A DNA stretch of 64,000 nucleotides from the NCBI RefSeq assembly GCF_002113885.1, contig NW_018408645.1, forward strand, positions 876,107 to 940,106, read 5' to 3'. Shown here piece by piece: positions 37,601-49,734 of the stretch (positions are counted from its first letter, which is position 1; the number at the start of each line of letters is the position of its first letter). This DNA comes from Mizuhopecten yessoensis (lineage: Eukaryota). The position numbers were made by a program, and so were the translations under genes. The notes under the pieces were generated by a model. The model was given only the letters and a program-made list of their open reading frames with translations, was not told the DNA's origin and did no database searches.

Positions 37601-40411
37601 TTTTACTTTAAACGACTTCTTCTTAATAACCGAAAGGCCTAGGGTGATGATATTTGGCCACAAGCAAACTGGGATGAAGGGCTACCAAGTTTGTTCAAAT
37701 AAATGCCCTTCATCCATTTTCAAGGTCACATGGGTCAAATATGTTCAAAACCTTTAAACAATTTCTTCTGAAAACCAAGAGGCCTAGGATGATGATATTT
37801 GGCCAGTATCATGCTGGAATGAAGGGCTACCAAGTTTGTTCAAATAAATGACCTTGCCTTATATTCAAGGTCACAGGGGTCAAATATGTTCAAAACCTTT
37901 CTACAACTTCTTCTGAATTACTGAGAGGCCTAGGATGATGATATTTGGCCAGTAACATGCTGGAATGCAGGGCTACCAAGTTTGTTCAAATAAATGGCCT
38001 TGTCTTATATTCAAGGTCACATGGGTCAAATATGTTCAAAACCTTTAAACAACTTCTTCTGAATAACCAAGAGGCCTAGGATGATGATATTTGGCCAGTA
38101 ACATGCTGGAATGAAGGGCTTCCAAGTTTGTTCAAATAAATGGCCTTGCCTTATATTCAAGGTCTCAGGGGTCAAATATGTTCAAAACCTTTAAACAATT
38201 TCTTCTGAAAACCAAGAGGCCTAGGATGATGATATTTGGCCAGTAACATGCTGGAATGCAGGGCTACCAAGTTTGTTCAAATAAATGGCCTTGCCTTATA
38301 TTCAAGGTCTCAGGGGTCAAATATGTTCAAAACCTTTAAACAACTTCTTCTGAATAACCAAGAGGCCTAGGATGATGATATTTGGCCAGTAACATGCTGG
38401 AATGAAGGGCTACCAAGCTTGTTCAAATAAATGACCTTGCCTTATATTCAAGGTCACAGGGGTCAAATATGTTCAAAACCTTTCTACAACTTCTTCTGAA
38501 TTACTGAGAGGCCTAGGATGATGATATTTGGCCAGTAACATGCTGGAATGCAGGGCTACCAAGTTTGTTCAAATAAATGGCCTTGCCTTATATTCAAGGT
38601 CACAGGGGTCAAATATGTTTAAAACCAATGACCTCTTCTTAATAAGCAAAGGCCAAGAGTGATGATATTTGGTTATTAACATGCTGGGATGAAGGACTAC
38701 CAAGTGAATGACCTTCACCCTATCCAAGGTCACAGTGGTGAATAGATATTTAAATCTTTAAATGATTTGTTCTGTATAACCAAAAGGTTTAGGGTAATGA
38801 TATTTTGCCAGAAGCATGCTGGGTTGGAAGACTAAAAACTCTGTTCAACCTAATGTCCTTGTTCGACATTCAAGGTCACAGGCATCATATATTTAAATCT
38901 TTTAATAGGTTCTTATGAACCAAACACTGATATTCTGCCTGTAGCTGTATTTTAGTCAACATTTAAGATTACAAGTGTGAGATTAATACCAGGTGAGCGA
39001 TGCAGGCCCATTGGGCCTCTTGTTAAATGTAATTATATACATATGCATATAGCGGCAAGGGAGATAACTGTAACACCAATTCGACATGCACTGTAGCAAA
39101 CAAAAAAATCAGTGTATTTCATGTAACATGTTTGAAAAATTTAGGGTCCGTAGATAGGGAACTTATTTTATTAAAAAAATAATTTAAGTGTTTTATAAAG
39201 TTATTTTAACTTTAACTTGCCTAAAATAAGTTGAGGGTTGGTAGGGTTACTTTAACTAAAAAAAACAACACTTTTTGCCTTGCCTTATTTTAAATGTATT
39301 TCTTGCTCAGAGAGCATTGCTATGACGTAGATATGAAATTATTTTAGTATAACATGTTTTTATGGATTTGTTTTTCGCATCCTATAAACCACACCTCCAA
39401 TATTAATATGGGCTTCCGAAAGCAATGAATTATTGCTAATGAAGAACTAAAGATACATGTACATATTAATGCGTTTTTCTTTGAAGCTTGGTTTCTGGCA
39501 ATGCTGAATTGTTTCGTCCATATTTTGATGTACACATACTACGGGTTGTCTGCCCTTGGTCCACACATGCAGAAATATTTATGGTGGAAACGCTATCTTA
39601 CAATACTTCAATTGGTAAGTGTTACTTGTAAGACTAGGAAGTCACGCCTAAGTAGGGCTGTTATAGTAAAATCTTTAAGGAGAAACTCTATACCAAAGCA
39701 CGTCTATTATAAGATAGATTTTCGTAAACTTTAATCACGGACTTAGATAGCAATCTAATTCCTTGCCATAATCCAGTTATAAAATTGGAATGATACCATT
39801 GCTTAGATGGTAATAACAAGTTAAAATTGTTTGAGATAGTTGCCGTAGATGAACTTCCCTAGGGGTATTTTTCAATTTTGACTGAATATCACTCACCCCT
39901 CCAAAAATCCACCCAAACAAATTTCACCCATATCGGTCTTTCCGAGTATATTTCTTTGCTATTTCTAAGTGGAACAGAATACATTCCACCCGTCCTAACC
40001 CTTCCCGTCCTTACCCTTCCCATCCTCTGTCATTCTTCGTCTCTTAGGCAACTCACACTGCCAGCCACGAGATAAATCTTTAGATGCGTTATTGGCAGAT
40101 TGTTGATTAGCGCCTTGAAATAAGTCAGCCTTCTTCTACGACCAAAGAAACTACATAAAACGTATTTCTGTTTTAACTGATATTTTCTTTGGTTACAGAG
40201 TCAGTTTTTTGCTGTCATACTGCACACTGGCTACAACATGACGACCGACTGTGATTTCCCCATCGGATTTAACTACGCTGTGTTTATATACGCCATCACA
40301 CTGGTGCTGTTGTTCTCCAACTTCTTCATGCACACTTACACGTCAAAGGAAGACCAACACACACAAGTCAAAGGAAGACCAACACACACAAGTCAAAGGA
40401 AGTTACAATAA
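34609..40411 (+). CDS. ELOVL4: Elongation of very-long-chain fatty acids protein, ELOVL4-like paralogue A, 7 coding exons, 278 aa
   Basis: Exons: 34609-34663, 35144-35331, 35662-35742, 36225-36281, 36426-36540, 39487-39614, 40199-40411. Motifs [41 protein letters not shown] (HxxHH box), [28 protein letters not shown]. Family assignment is secure; the ELOVL4 versus ELOVL1/7 subfamily call is an inference from motif resemblance. Confidence 0.9.
35754..35861. mobile_element. 108-bp insertion flanked by a 14-bp direct repeat that duplicates the ELOVL-A exon 3 donor
   Basis: cgggtgagactttt occurs at 35740-35753 and 35862-35875. Confidence 0.6.
36999..39024 (+). mobile_element. HINE/Helentron-type element with a ~146-bp tandem core and a duplicated head, ELOVL-A intron 5
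   Basis: Head ttttagctcacctggcacaaagtgccaagtgagc, which recurs at ~37495; (CCGT)n; ~145-146 bp repeats; tail caggtgagcgatgcaggcccattgggcctcttgtt. Confidence 0.8.
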
Positions 40412-40419
40412 CTATAGGA

Positions 40420-41595
40420 AGAGCTTAACACAATAACGATAGCTCAAAGGAAGAGCTTAACACAGTTACGATAACTCAAAGGAAGAGCTAAACACAGTTA
40501 CGATAACTCAAAGGAACAGCTAAACACAGTTACGATAGTTAAACAGTTACGATAACTCAAAGGAAGAGCTTAACACAGTTACGATAACTAAATACAGTTA
40601 CGATAACTCAAAGGGAGAGCTAAACACAATTACGATAACTCAAAGGAACAGCTACATACAGTAACGATAGCTAAACACAGTTACGATAGTTAAACAGTTA
40701 CGATAACTCAAAGGAAGAGCTTAACACAGTTACGATAACTAAACACAGTTACGATAACTCAAAGGAAGAGCTTAACACAATTACGATAACTCAAAGGGAG
40801 AGCTTAACACACTTACGATAACTCAAAGGAAGAGCTTAACACAGTTACGATAACTCAAAGGGAGAGCTTAACACAATTACGATAGCTCAAAGGAAGAGCT
40901 TAACACAGTTACCTTAGCTAAACACAGTTACGATAACTCAAAGGGAGAGCTAAACACACTAACGATAACTCAAAGGGAGAGCTAAACACAGTTACGATAA
41001 CTCAAAGGAAGAGCTTAACACAGTTACGATAGCTAAACACAGTTACGATAAATCAAAGGGAGAGCTTAACACACTTACGATAACTCAAAGGAAGAGCTTT
41101 ACACAGTTACGATAACTCAAAGGAAGAGCTAAACACAGTTACGATAACTCAAAGGAAGAGCTTAACAAAGTTACGATAGCTAAACACACTAACGATAACT
41201 CAAAGGGAGAGCTTAACACACTTACGATAACTAAACACACTTACAATAACTCAAAGGAAGAGCTTAACACAGTTACGATAACTAAACACACTTACGATAA
41301 CTCAAAGGAAGAGCTACATACAGGTACGATAGTTAAACACAGTTACGATAGCTAAACACAGTTACGATAACTCCAAGGAAGAGCTTAACACAGTTACGAT
41401 AACTAAACACACTAACGATAACTCAAAGGAAGAGCTTAACACAGTTACGATAACTAAACACACTTACGATAACTCAAAGGAAGAGCTTAACACAGCTACG
41501 ATAGCTAAACACAGTTACGATAACTCAAAGGGAGAGCTAAACACACTAACGATAACTCAAAGGGAGAGCTTAACACAGTTACGATAACTCAAACA
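40420..41595. repeat. 32-bp (and truncated ~20-bp) minisatellite immediately after the ELOVL-A stop codon
   Basis: Unit acacagttacgataactcaaaggaagagctta. Confidence 0.95.
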
Positions 41596-43442
41596 ATAGT
41601 TACATACACACCAGACAAACGATGAAATAGCACATACCTGGTGAAAGAAGAGCTAACTATATTCAATTTCTTGTTACCTTGTTAGAAAGTTCAAGCCTGA
41701 TTCTCGTTGGTTAATCGCGGTGTAAAACCGAACAAAAAGCCTCGTATTCCAGATTTAATAAGACTATTGGTGAACAAGAATAAGAACTTGGTCCCGTTTC
41801 ATCAACGTTCCTCAAATTAAAGGGACTAGAGTGGTAATTAGGTCACTGTTTAAAAATATCACAAAACGTAACATTTTTTACAACATATGCCACAAAACTT
41901 ACAATTTGTCTTAATAATACTAATTAATCATTTACATCATCGATTCCCTGCAGTTTCCTTGGTATAAATGACCAAACACTGTGATACTCACACTCAGGTA
42001 CTGATAGCATTGACTTTATTTACACCTGTTTATTGGAAGCGTTTCAATGTTGATTATACATTGTATAGACATGCTTATTATGAATTTGTGGATTTTTAAG
42101 AATCTACCTCATTAAAATTATTAAAATATTTGTTAATAAAGATTATGTAGTGTGAAAACCATGGTATTGTTTGTCTGATTTTTCTACACAATAGCAATCT
42201 GATGCAGTTCCATATCCGATGGTTTTCTAAATTCGAATGTGGCACTTGACCTCTGCAGCACTGTCTGCGAGTTCTAAGAACTATTCTCTTCCTATCACAC
42301 GGATGTGTAGGATGAGCAGTAATAGGAATGTGGCACTTTGTACCTCTACATTTCATAACATACTGTGTTTAGTATTATCTTAGCAGGTTTGAAGAAACAT
42401 TAAATTCCTTTCGCGTTAACTTTGCTGGCTGTTGTATTTTGTTCATTTAAAACTTATTGTGAAGAACTTAAATAGTATCTGCGACGTACATTAGGGTCAT
42501 TAACAAGACTGCAGGTCTTTATTTTGCGATAACATGTTTTTTTATCGTCCTCCTTTGGGTCTGAAAGTTCTACTTCAGGTGATGCTCAATGCTTCACTTC
42601 CGGTCCTGAAAGTTCCGCTATCGGTTTTGTAATAGAAGTGACTTTTGTCAAACAGGAAATGTTAACGTTCACATCTTTTTTCATTCTTACCTTGCTTGTG
42701 AACAATGAAATTGAGGGATGTTATGTCCATAGTTAAATCGATGAGATTTTGCTGTTTAAACCTCACGTCGGGGATGAACTATGTTTGTCCATCGCCAGGA
42801 GTGGAGCCAAAATATGTGATTTACTCTATCAGATTCGGATGCTTGTCTATCACTAGGAAAGGGTGGGGAACCTACGCCATCAACGGGGATAACGCGGGAA
42901 TAAAAAGGATGCGAGTGGGACTGCTTCGTCGTAAGTATTACACCAATATATCCAAATATTGAGACTGTATTGTTTGCCTATGTTAACTGTTGAAGATCCC
43001 ATGTTGCAAAGAGTCTGTCGGTGTAATTGTTCAAAAAGTCGTGTACAGTTGTGCATCGTACGAACAATTAACGAGGATATGTTAGGACATTTTTGTGGTT
43101 TTCATGCATATTGCCTTACAATGTGAGAATGTAACAAATTACATGTCCGAGGATAATATGAATCGAATATAAATGCTTACTGAGATATACCATTTGAGTC
43201 ATAGGCTCAGAAGTTGTATGTTTCTTATGTTATGGTGAGAAATGTAAAATCGGATATCGGTAGGACTTTACAAATACAGGATATCGTGCGGACATTTTTG
43301 ACAATAGATGTTAAAGATTTTCTATTTCAATATCTTTACCTGATGCATGTAATGAGGATACATATTTCGGTCAAACGTATCTTTTGTCACGACCAGCTTT
43401 TTTTTCGAGGTGTTTTTTGACGATTTTTGTATATGTTTTCAG

Positions 43443-44025
43443 CACATATCTATGCACGGAATGTGGACGGAAAGTGTCAAACCCGTCCTCAAAGAGGAAA
43501 CATGAACTTCGTCACAGGGGTCAGGGAGCTTATAAGTGTGAACAATGCGCTAAACCGTTTCACTGCAAATCTGATATGGACAGGCACGACTGTGCAAACG
43601 TCAAACCACGGATGCACGGGTGTGAGAACTGTGATAAAACATTTTTGACCGAGCGCGATTTGAAAAGGCATGTCAAAAGAGAGAGTAAAGAGCTCAGATA
43701 CAGCTGTGAGCATTGCAATACCCAGTTTGAGGAATTAGCTCAGCTGAAGGACCACCAATCAAAACATGGAGCTGACAAACGCCACAGATGTACCAAGTGC
43801 AACAAGAGTTTTGCCTACAGATCCAATCTGTCGAGACATGCAAGGACCCACACAAGCACACTCGAAACGTCTCAATGTAAGCAGTGCAGCAAGGCGTTTA
43901 AGACACAACGCTACCTGAAAAGACTCTTGGACAGACATGCCTCAGAGGTTTGCCCTAGTAACATTTGTGGTAAAGTTTTCAAATCCAGGGAATATCTAAA
44001 GAAACATGTTTTGAAACATAACTAG
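43443..44025 (+). CDS. C2H2 zinc-finger array exon (7 fingers, 2 degenerate), left arm of the foldback; possibly a pseudogene
   Basis: Acceptor tatgttttcag at 43442, then CxxC...HxxxH repeats to a TAG at 44023-44025. Fingers 3 and 6 each lack a His. I could not find an in-frame upstream exon. Confidence 0.65.
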
Positions 44026-45130
44026 TTTTCCTAAATGTGTGTTACACAGACAGTTACTTATATGTAAAGTGCAAAACGAAAGTAAAATGATACGAAGCGA
44101 AAATGAAATATCCTAAAATCTGTATGATACGAAACAAAACGAAATATCATTGAATATGTAGTATACGAAACAAACGAAATATTATATCAAAATTCCAGAA
44201 AAAAGTGTTCTTGTATGTCTTTTACGATTTGTCTCCCCCTTTCGACAATACAAACGCCAAGAAGGCAAATCGTACTAGACATGCACGAAGTATTTTTTTC
44301 TGTGTAATACTGTGTTGAATTACCATGCATGATCAGTCGGCAAATATTATGTTGCACGTTTGTATATTTGGTAGCTATTTGAGTTCAGATTCATGTTAAG
44401 TCCATATTAGAACTGAAGTTGACAGATATGAGCATTGTCAATGATCAGAACCATTTTGGAAATCAAATATGATAATTAAGAGATTCATTGAGAGTTTTGT
44501 GGGGGTTTAACTTTTAAATGTACTTTATGAAAAATTGAAAATACATAGTTCGCATATTATGTGCTATCGAAGTTAAATTTTCTTAAATAAACGTATTAAT
44601 GCTTAATGGTTGGATAAAATGTAACACTTCGTCCTTATACCTATATAAATGTATTTGATGTTAAAATGATTTTAGTAATTTATATGTTTAGCATACATCA
44701 ATATCCAGCTCTAATTTGGGCTTGCCACCAAAACCTTACTTTCAGTTCAGAACATTATACAGTGCGTGTATTCAATTTTAATACCAATGCAAAACTAAAT
44801 ATAATCGAATCTGCATTTTACGGAACGAAACAAAATATATTAAATCAAAATCCCAGAAAAAAATACTTCTTGCATGTCTAGTACGATTTGTCTTCTTGGC
44901 GTATGTATTGTCGAAAGGGGGAGACAAATCGTAAAAGACATACAAGAACACTTTTTTCTGGAATTTTGATATAATATTTCGTTTGTTTCGTATACTACAT
45001 ATTCAATGATATTTCGTTTCGTTTCGTATCATACAGATTTTAGGATATTTCATTTTCGTTTCGTATCATTTTACTTTCGTTTTGCACTTTACATATAAGT
45101 AACTGTCTGTGTAACACACATTTAGGAAAA

Positions 45131-45713
45131 CTAGTTATGTTTCAAAACATGTTTCTTTAGATACTCCCTGGATTTGAAAACTTTACCACAAATGTTACTA
45201 GAGCAAACCTCTGAGGCATGTCTGTCCAAGAGTCTTTTCAGGTAGCGTTGTGTCTTAAACGCCTTGCTGCACTGCTTACATTGAGACGTTTCGAGTGTGC
45301 TTGTGTGGGTCCTTGCATGTCTCGACAGATTGGATCTGTAGGCAAAACTCTTGTTGCACTTGGTACATCTGTGGCGTTTGTCAGCTCCATGTTTTGATTG
45401 GTGGTCCTTCAGCTGAGCTAATTCCTCAAACTGGGTATTGCAATGCTCACAGCTGTATCTGAGCTCTTTACTCTCTCTTTTGACATGCCTTTTCAAATCG
45501 CGCTCGGTCAAAAATGTTTTATCACAGTTCTCACACCCGTGCATCCGTGGTTTGAGGTTTGCACAGTCGTGCCTGTCCATATCAGATTTGCAGTGAAACG
45601 GTTTAGCGCATTGTTCACACTTATAAGCTCCCTGACCCCTGTGACGAAGTTCATGTTTCCTCTTTGAGGACGGGTTTGCCACTTTCCGTCCACATTCCGT
45701 GCATAGATATGTG
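45131..45713 (-). CDS. C2H2 zinc-finger array exon, right arm of the foldback (near-identical inverted copy); possibly a pseudogene
   Basis: The same 583-nt exon on the - strand. It differs from the left copy by S>A, V>L and P>S plus at least one silent change. Confidence 0.6.
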
Positions 45714-47382
45714 CTGAAAACATATACAAAATTCGTCATAAAACACCTCGAAAAAATGCTGGTTGTGACAAAAGATACGTTTGACCGAAATATGTGTCCT
45801 CATTACATGCATCAGGTGAAGATATTGAAATAGAAAATCTTTAACATCTATTGTCAAATATGTCCGCACGATATCCTGTATTTGTAAAGTCCTACCGATA
45901 TCCGATTTTACATATCTAACCATAATATGAGAAACAAACAACTTCTGAGCCTATGACTCAAATGGTATATCTCAGTAAGCATTTATATTCGATTCATATT
46001 ATCCTCGGACATGTAATTTGTTACATTCTCACATTGTAAGGCAATATGCATGAAAACCACAAAAATGTCCTAACATATCCTCGTTAATTGTTCGTACGAT
46101 GTACATCTGTACACGACTTTTTGAAGAAACAACACGCTTTACCAGATAAACAATTACACCGACAGACTCTTTGCAACATGGGATCTTCAACAGTTAACAC
46201 AGGCAAACAATACAGTCTCAATATTTGGATGTATTGGTGTAGTACTTACGAAGAAGCAGTCCCACTCGCATCCATTTTATTCCCGCGTTATCCCCGTTGA
46301 TGACGTAGGTTCCCCACCCTGTAATATGATTGTAGAAGTGCTTAAATGTTCCTCTCACGTGCTTTTGATTTAATGTCTGCCAATATGAAATATTTTTGTC
46401 GCAATTGTTGTTTCCATGTCAAATTTAGAAGTAAAACATACAACAAATATGTGTTAAAAACATGATAATTACCTGTGAATTTAAACTCCGTTAAACATGT
46501 CTATACTTGTTTAATCCTTTAATACATGTACAAAGATAAATGTCATTTATGCACATTCAAATTCAAATTCTTTTATTACTTTATGGCTTCTCGTATACAT
46601 GTTTATTATCATTGGGGAAGGCACTTTTACCGAAAAACGATCTAAACCTCTCAAACATATACAAATACTCTGAACACCTGAGTTTAGGTCCAAATATAGC
46701 TGAAACAAATTATCAGGTCCCTGTGTATTTCGGCGCAATAACGCTACATTTATTTCTAAATTTAAGTCACGCGACCTGTATTCTGAAGCTAATCGCTTCA
46801 GAAAACACGAGGCAGCAACAAGCCAGAGGGACCCTCAAGAGTCACCCAGCCAAAACAGCTTTTATCTTTACACTGGTAAACGTGAGACCTGAGACTAGAA
46901 ACAGTGTTTCCGGCTTTACTAAAGCGCTTTGATTTAAATCATTTTCGAAAAGAAACCACACACTGCAGGACTTTTATGAGAAATAGAAATAAAATAAACA
47001 AAGTATAAATCAACAACATTGTTTTGAGTGTAAAAATTCAATGAGGCCAAACGGGGATTGGGCTACCTGTTCAAGTGTCCTGGCCCAACTGTGCTACTGT
47101 TAAATCCAATCGGAAGTTAAGGGGATATTAGTCACTCTTGTCGACCCGAATGGAAGCGTGCAGTCTGCATAAGTACCAGAAGAAAAGACACGTGGCTGCC
47201 TTTAGTATTTCTAGTGCGTTGATGAACGTCTTCCGAACAGTGGTCACACTGCTTTCTAGCTATGTCGATTTCAGGAGTAGCATTATATTGCGACAAGACG
47301 TCAATAACGACATACACGAGTTAGATAATCTCATTATGTCGATCTACTTGTCTGGTTATGTCGTATGCCACACCTTGTCGCG

Positions 47383-48984
47383 TTATTTCTCAGTAGAGTA
47401 CCGCAGTAATTTGACATGATCCAGGTAATGTACTGTCCACAGAACGTCGTCCCTGTCCACACACATCGCCCAGGGTTTGTACGCATCTGTATGTAACACC
47501 TTGATGTCCCCGCGTACACTGAGGAGCAGGTGTCTCCGGTTGTGCTGGTCTGCAATGATAAGGTTTCCCAGTCTGTCAAATACGACAGCCATGGGATTAA
47601 ATACATTATGCTCTGTCGGAGACGTACATGTACCAAGTATCTCTCCATGGTACCGGAAATGTTCATTGAAATCCGTATCCATGACAACAATATGTCCTTC
47701 CTTCTTCTCATCTTCCTCCTTCTGATATTTATTAGCGCGATCAATGACTGCGATCTTGAGTGTGACAGGACATTCGGCTATCCTATGGGGCCTACTTACT
47801 AAAGGTTTCCTTTCTCTTCTAGCCATGGCGGTGAGAACAATTTTACCATCTGTGGTGAATTTAGAAAGAGAGTTAGCCATCCCAACAATGACATGGTTAC
47901 TAGAAGTAACGCAAATACACAGGGGTTCATATTTCGTGTTGAATGCACGGACCAACTTTCCTGAAGACAGCTGCCTGACACTGTTGTCATAGCAATGACA
48001 TGTCCACAGTGCATCTGTTGTAGGTGATACACTGATGTCGCGGATATAGTTTCCATGGTTTATCTTCCGAGTGACTCGACCTGTCCTGTTCAGGAGATGT
48101 AAAGTCCACGAGTTGTTGTAAGAGGTCCACACCTGACCATCCTTAGTGGGACATACAGACGTTATACAGCACCGGGACCTAAACTCCTCCATCACTTCGG
48201 TTCGTGGTGGCTGTTCTGATTGAAGTTGTTTACCGGACAATACATTATAGCTTTCATCCAATTCTCCCTCCGTATCTGATGACTCTTCCGAGAGATCCTG
48301 TTCACATGACGTCTGACCCTGACCGGAAGTGACCGTAGTACCCAATGCTTGTTCCAGATATGTCAGAGGATATTCGTTCGGGGTGAAGCTTGCAGCAGTC
48401 AGTGTAGGTTTAACAGTCGATGGGACATCGCATTCAGCGTCATACTCACAGTCATATATCTGCATATCAGTCCCTTGTTGAAGTACAGTTTTGCATTCTT
48501 GTAATTGTTGCTTTAGCTTTTTGTCGTAGACTTCCAGGTCCTGTTTGTAGGTTTCTATGAGTTTGGCGTTATCCTCCTCTATTTGACGGTATCTAGAAAG
48601 CGTCTGTGTTGAAATAGAATCTAGATCTTCTTTTAATTTGTCGGTTTGTCTTTTCAACTTCGCTGCGAGCTTGTCAAACGTGTTGGTATTTTCCTTGAGG
48701 TGATGCTCTGTAGATGTACTATTTTCATGAATTTGTCTAAGATCGTGTTTCTCACTTCTTTCAATGAATTTTTGAATGTCTCGCTTCCTTTTGATAATTA
48801 TTTCACCGAGTTCACAAACGGAATGAGCATCGTGAACCGTAGACAAACATTTACTACAAATAACATCCTCACAGCGTTTGCAGTAGAATTGTAGTTGTTT
48901 CCCGTAGTGGTAGATACAAGTGGTCTGACCTTTGGCTCGTACTGCAATCTGAACTTTACATAAGGAAGTTGATTTCGCAGCCAT
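47383..48984 (-). CDS. Intronless B-box / coiled-coil / NHL-like beta-propeller protein (TRIM-like, no RING), 533 aa
   Basis: Uninterrupted 1.6 kb ORF. It has a B-box2 (CIYH..FYCKRCEDVICSKCLSTVHDAH), a heptad-rich coiled coil, an acidic linker, and C-terminal NHL-like repeats (PLCICVT, PHRIA, FNPMAVVFDRLGNLIIAD, PWAMCVD). Confidence 0.85.
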   Translation of the reverse strand: MAAKSTSLCKVQIAVRAKGQTTCIYHYGKQLQFYCKRCEDVICSKCLSTVHDAHSVCELGEIIIKRKRDIQKFIERSEKHDLRQIHENSTSTEHHLKENTNTFDKLAAKLKRQTDKLKEDLDSISTQTLSRYRQIEEDNAKLIETYKQDLEVYDKKLKQQLQECKTVLQQGTDMQIYDCEYDAECDVPSTVKPTLTAASFTPNEYPLTYLEQALGTTVTSGQGQTSCEQDLSEESSDTEGELDESYNVLSGKQLQSEQPPRTEVMEEFRSRCCITSVCPTKDGQVWTSYNNSWTLHLLNRTGRVTRKINHGNYIRDISVSPTTDALWTCHCYDNSVRQLSSGKLVRAFNTKYEPLCICVTSSNHVIVGMANSLSKFTTDGKIVLTAMARRERKPLVSRPHRIAECPVTLKIAVIDRANKYQKEEDEKKEGHIVVMDTDFNEHFRYHGEILGTCTSPTEHNVFNPMAVVFDRLGNLIIADQHNRRHLLLSVRGDIKVLHTDAYKPWAMCVDRDDVLWTVHYLDHVKLLRYSTEK

Positions 48985-49734
48985 GTTGATTATTCAGATA
49001 AGGGGAATAGTTAAAGATCAACATTTCGCGTGAGATTTATAGATATTAACCATAGAGATACCAGGCTGTATGTCCGTTTTATTCCTGGGAAATTGAAAAG
49101 GTTTTATAATCTGTCCAGAATTATAGTCACATTATTTACAACTGAACGCCAGCTATATAAATCCATTTCATCAAGTCATAATTCATTACCATAATATGTC
49201 CAACATAATTCCGTGCACTGGTTTGTGGAGAGAGGTTTTCAATGAACTACCAGCTCCAATTCTGGCTCTAAAAACAGATACAGTGTATAATTATTTCACT
49301 GTTTCCAATCTGTACAGATAATCCGTCTCTAGCTCAAAATCAAACCTTCCGTCCCCGAACATCAAGATGATACACTCTCTATTCAGAGTTGTCGTTCCTG
49401 ACACAAGTGGGGGTAAGGAACAACAACTCTTGAGTAGATATTGCAATATACCACAGGGATGCGTCACCCTGTGGTCTGACAGACTGTTACCGACTAGAAA
49501 CACTTGAACAAATATTACATATTCAGTGGTTTATTTCCTCGGGTTGTTGACAGAGATATTGAAAGTTAATGCGACATAGCACTGTAATATATCAATCTAA
49601 ATGGTGGACCTGGTTAAGTCATGTCTGTTTAATTTCCACTTATGAAAATGTATATATGATATTTCATATCAATTATAATCAGTTTTTGTCATTACCACTA
49701 CAGATCTGATGTTCTTCTAAACATCAACAACACC

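Larger units (their letters stand above)
42860..46320. repeat. Large inverted duplication: arms 42860-44302 and 44854-46320, ~550 bp spacer
   Basis: The outer ends match (agggtggggaacctacg / cgtaggttccccaccct) and so do the inner ends (gaagtatttttttctg / cagaaaaaaatacttc). The arms show scattered substitutions and small indels. Confidence 0.95.

Noticed and set aside
42705-42962. 85-aa ORF as the first coding exon of the zinc-finger gene
   Set aside because: Its donor (phase 1) is incompatible with the phase-2 zinc-finger acceptor, and the compatible frame contains a stop.
42860-46320. Inverted repeat as an amplification or assembly chimera
   Set aside because: The arms differ by scattered substitutions and indels and enclose a unique spacer. 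Long-read confirmation is still desirable.
47334-48894. Short overlapping or antisense ORFs within the B-box/NHL and zinc-finger genes
   Set aside because: Shadow frames with no recognisable motifs.
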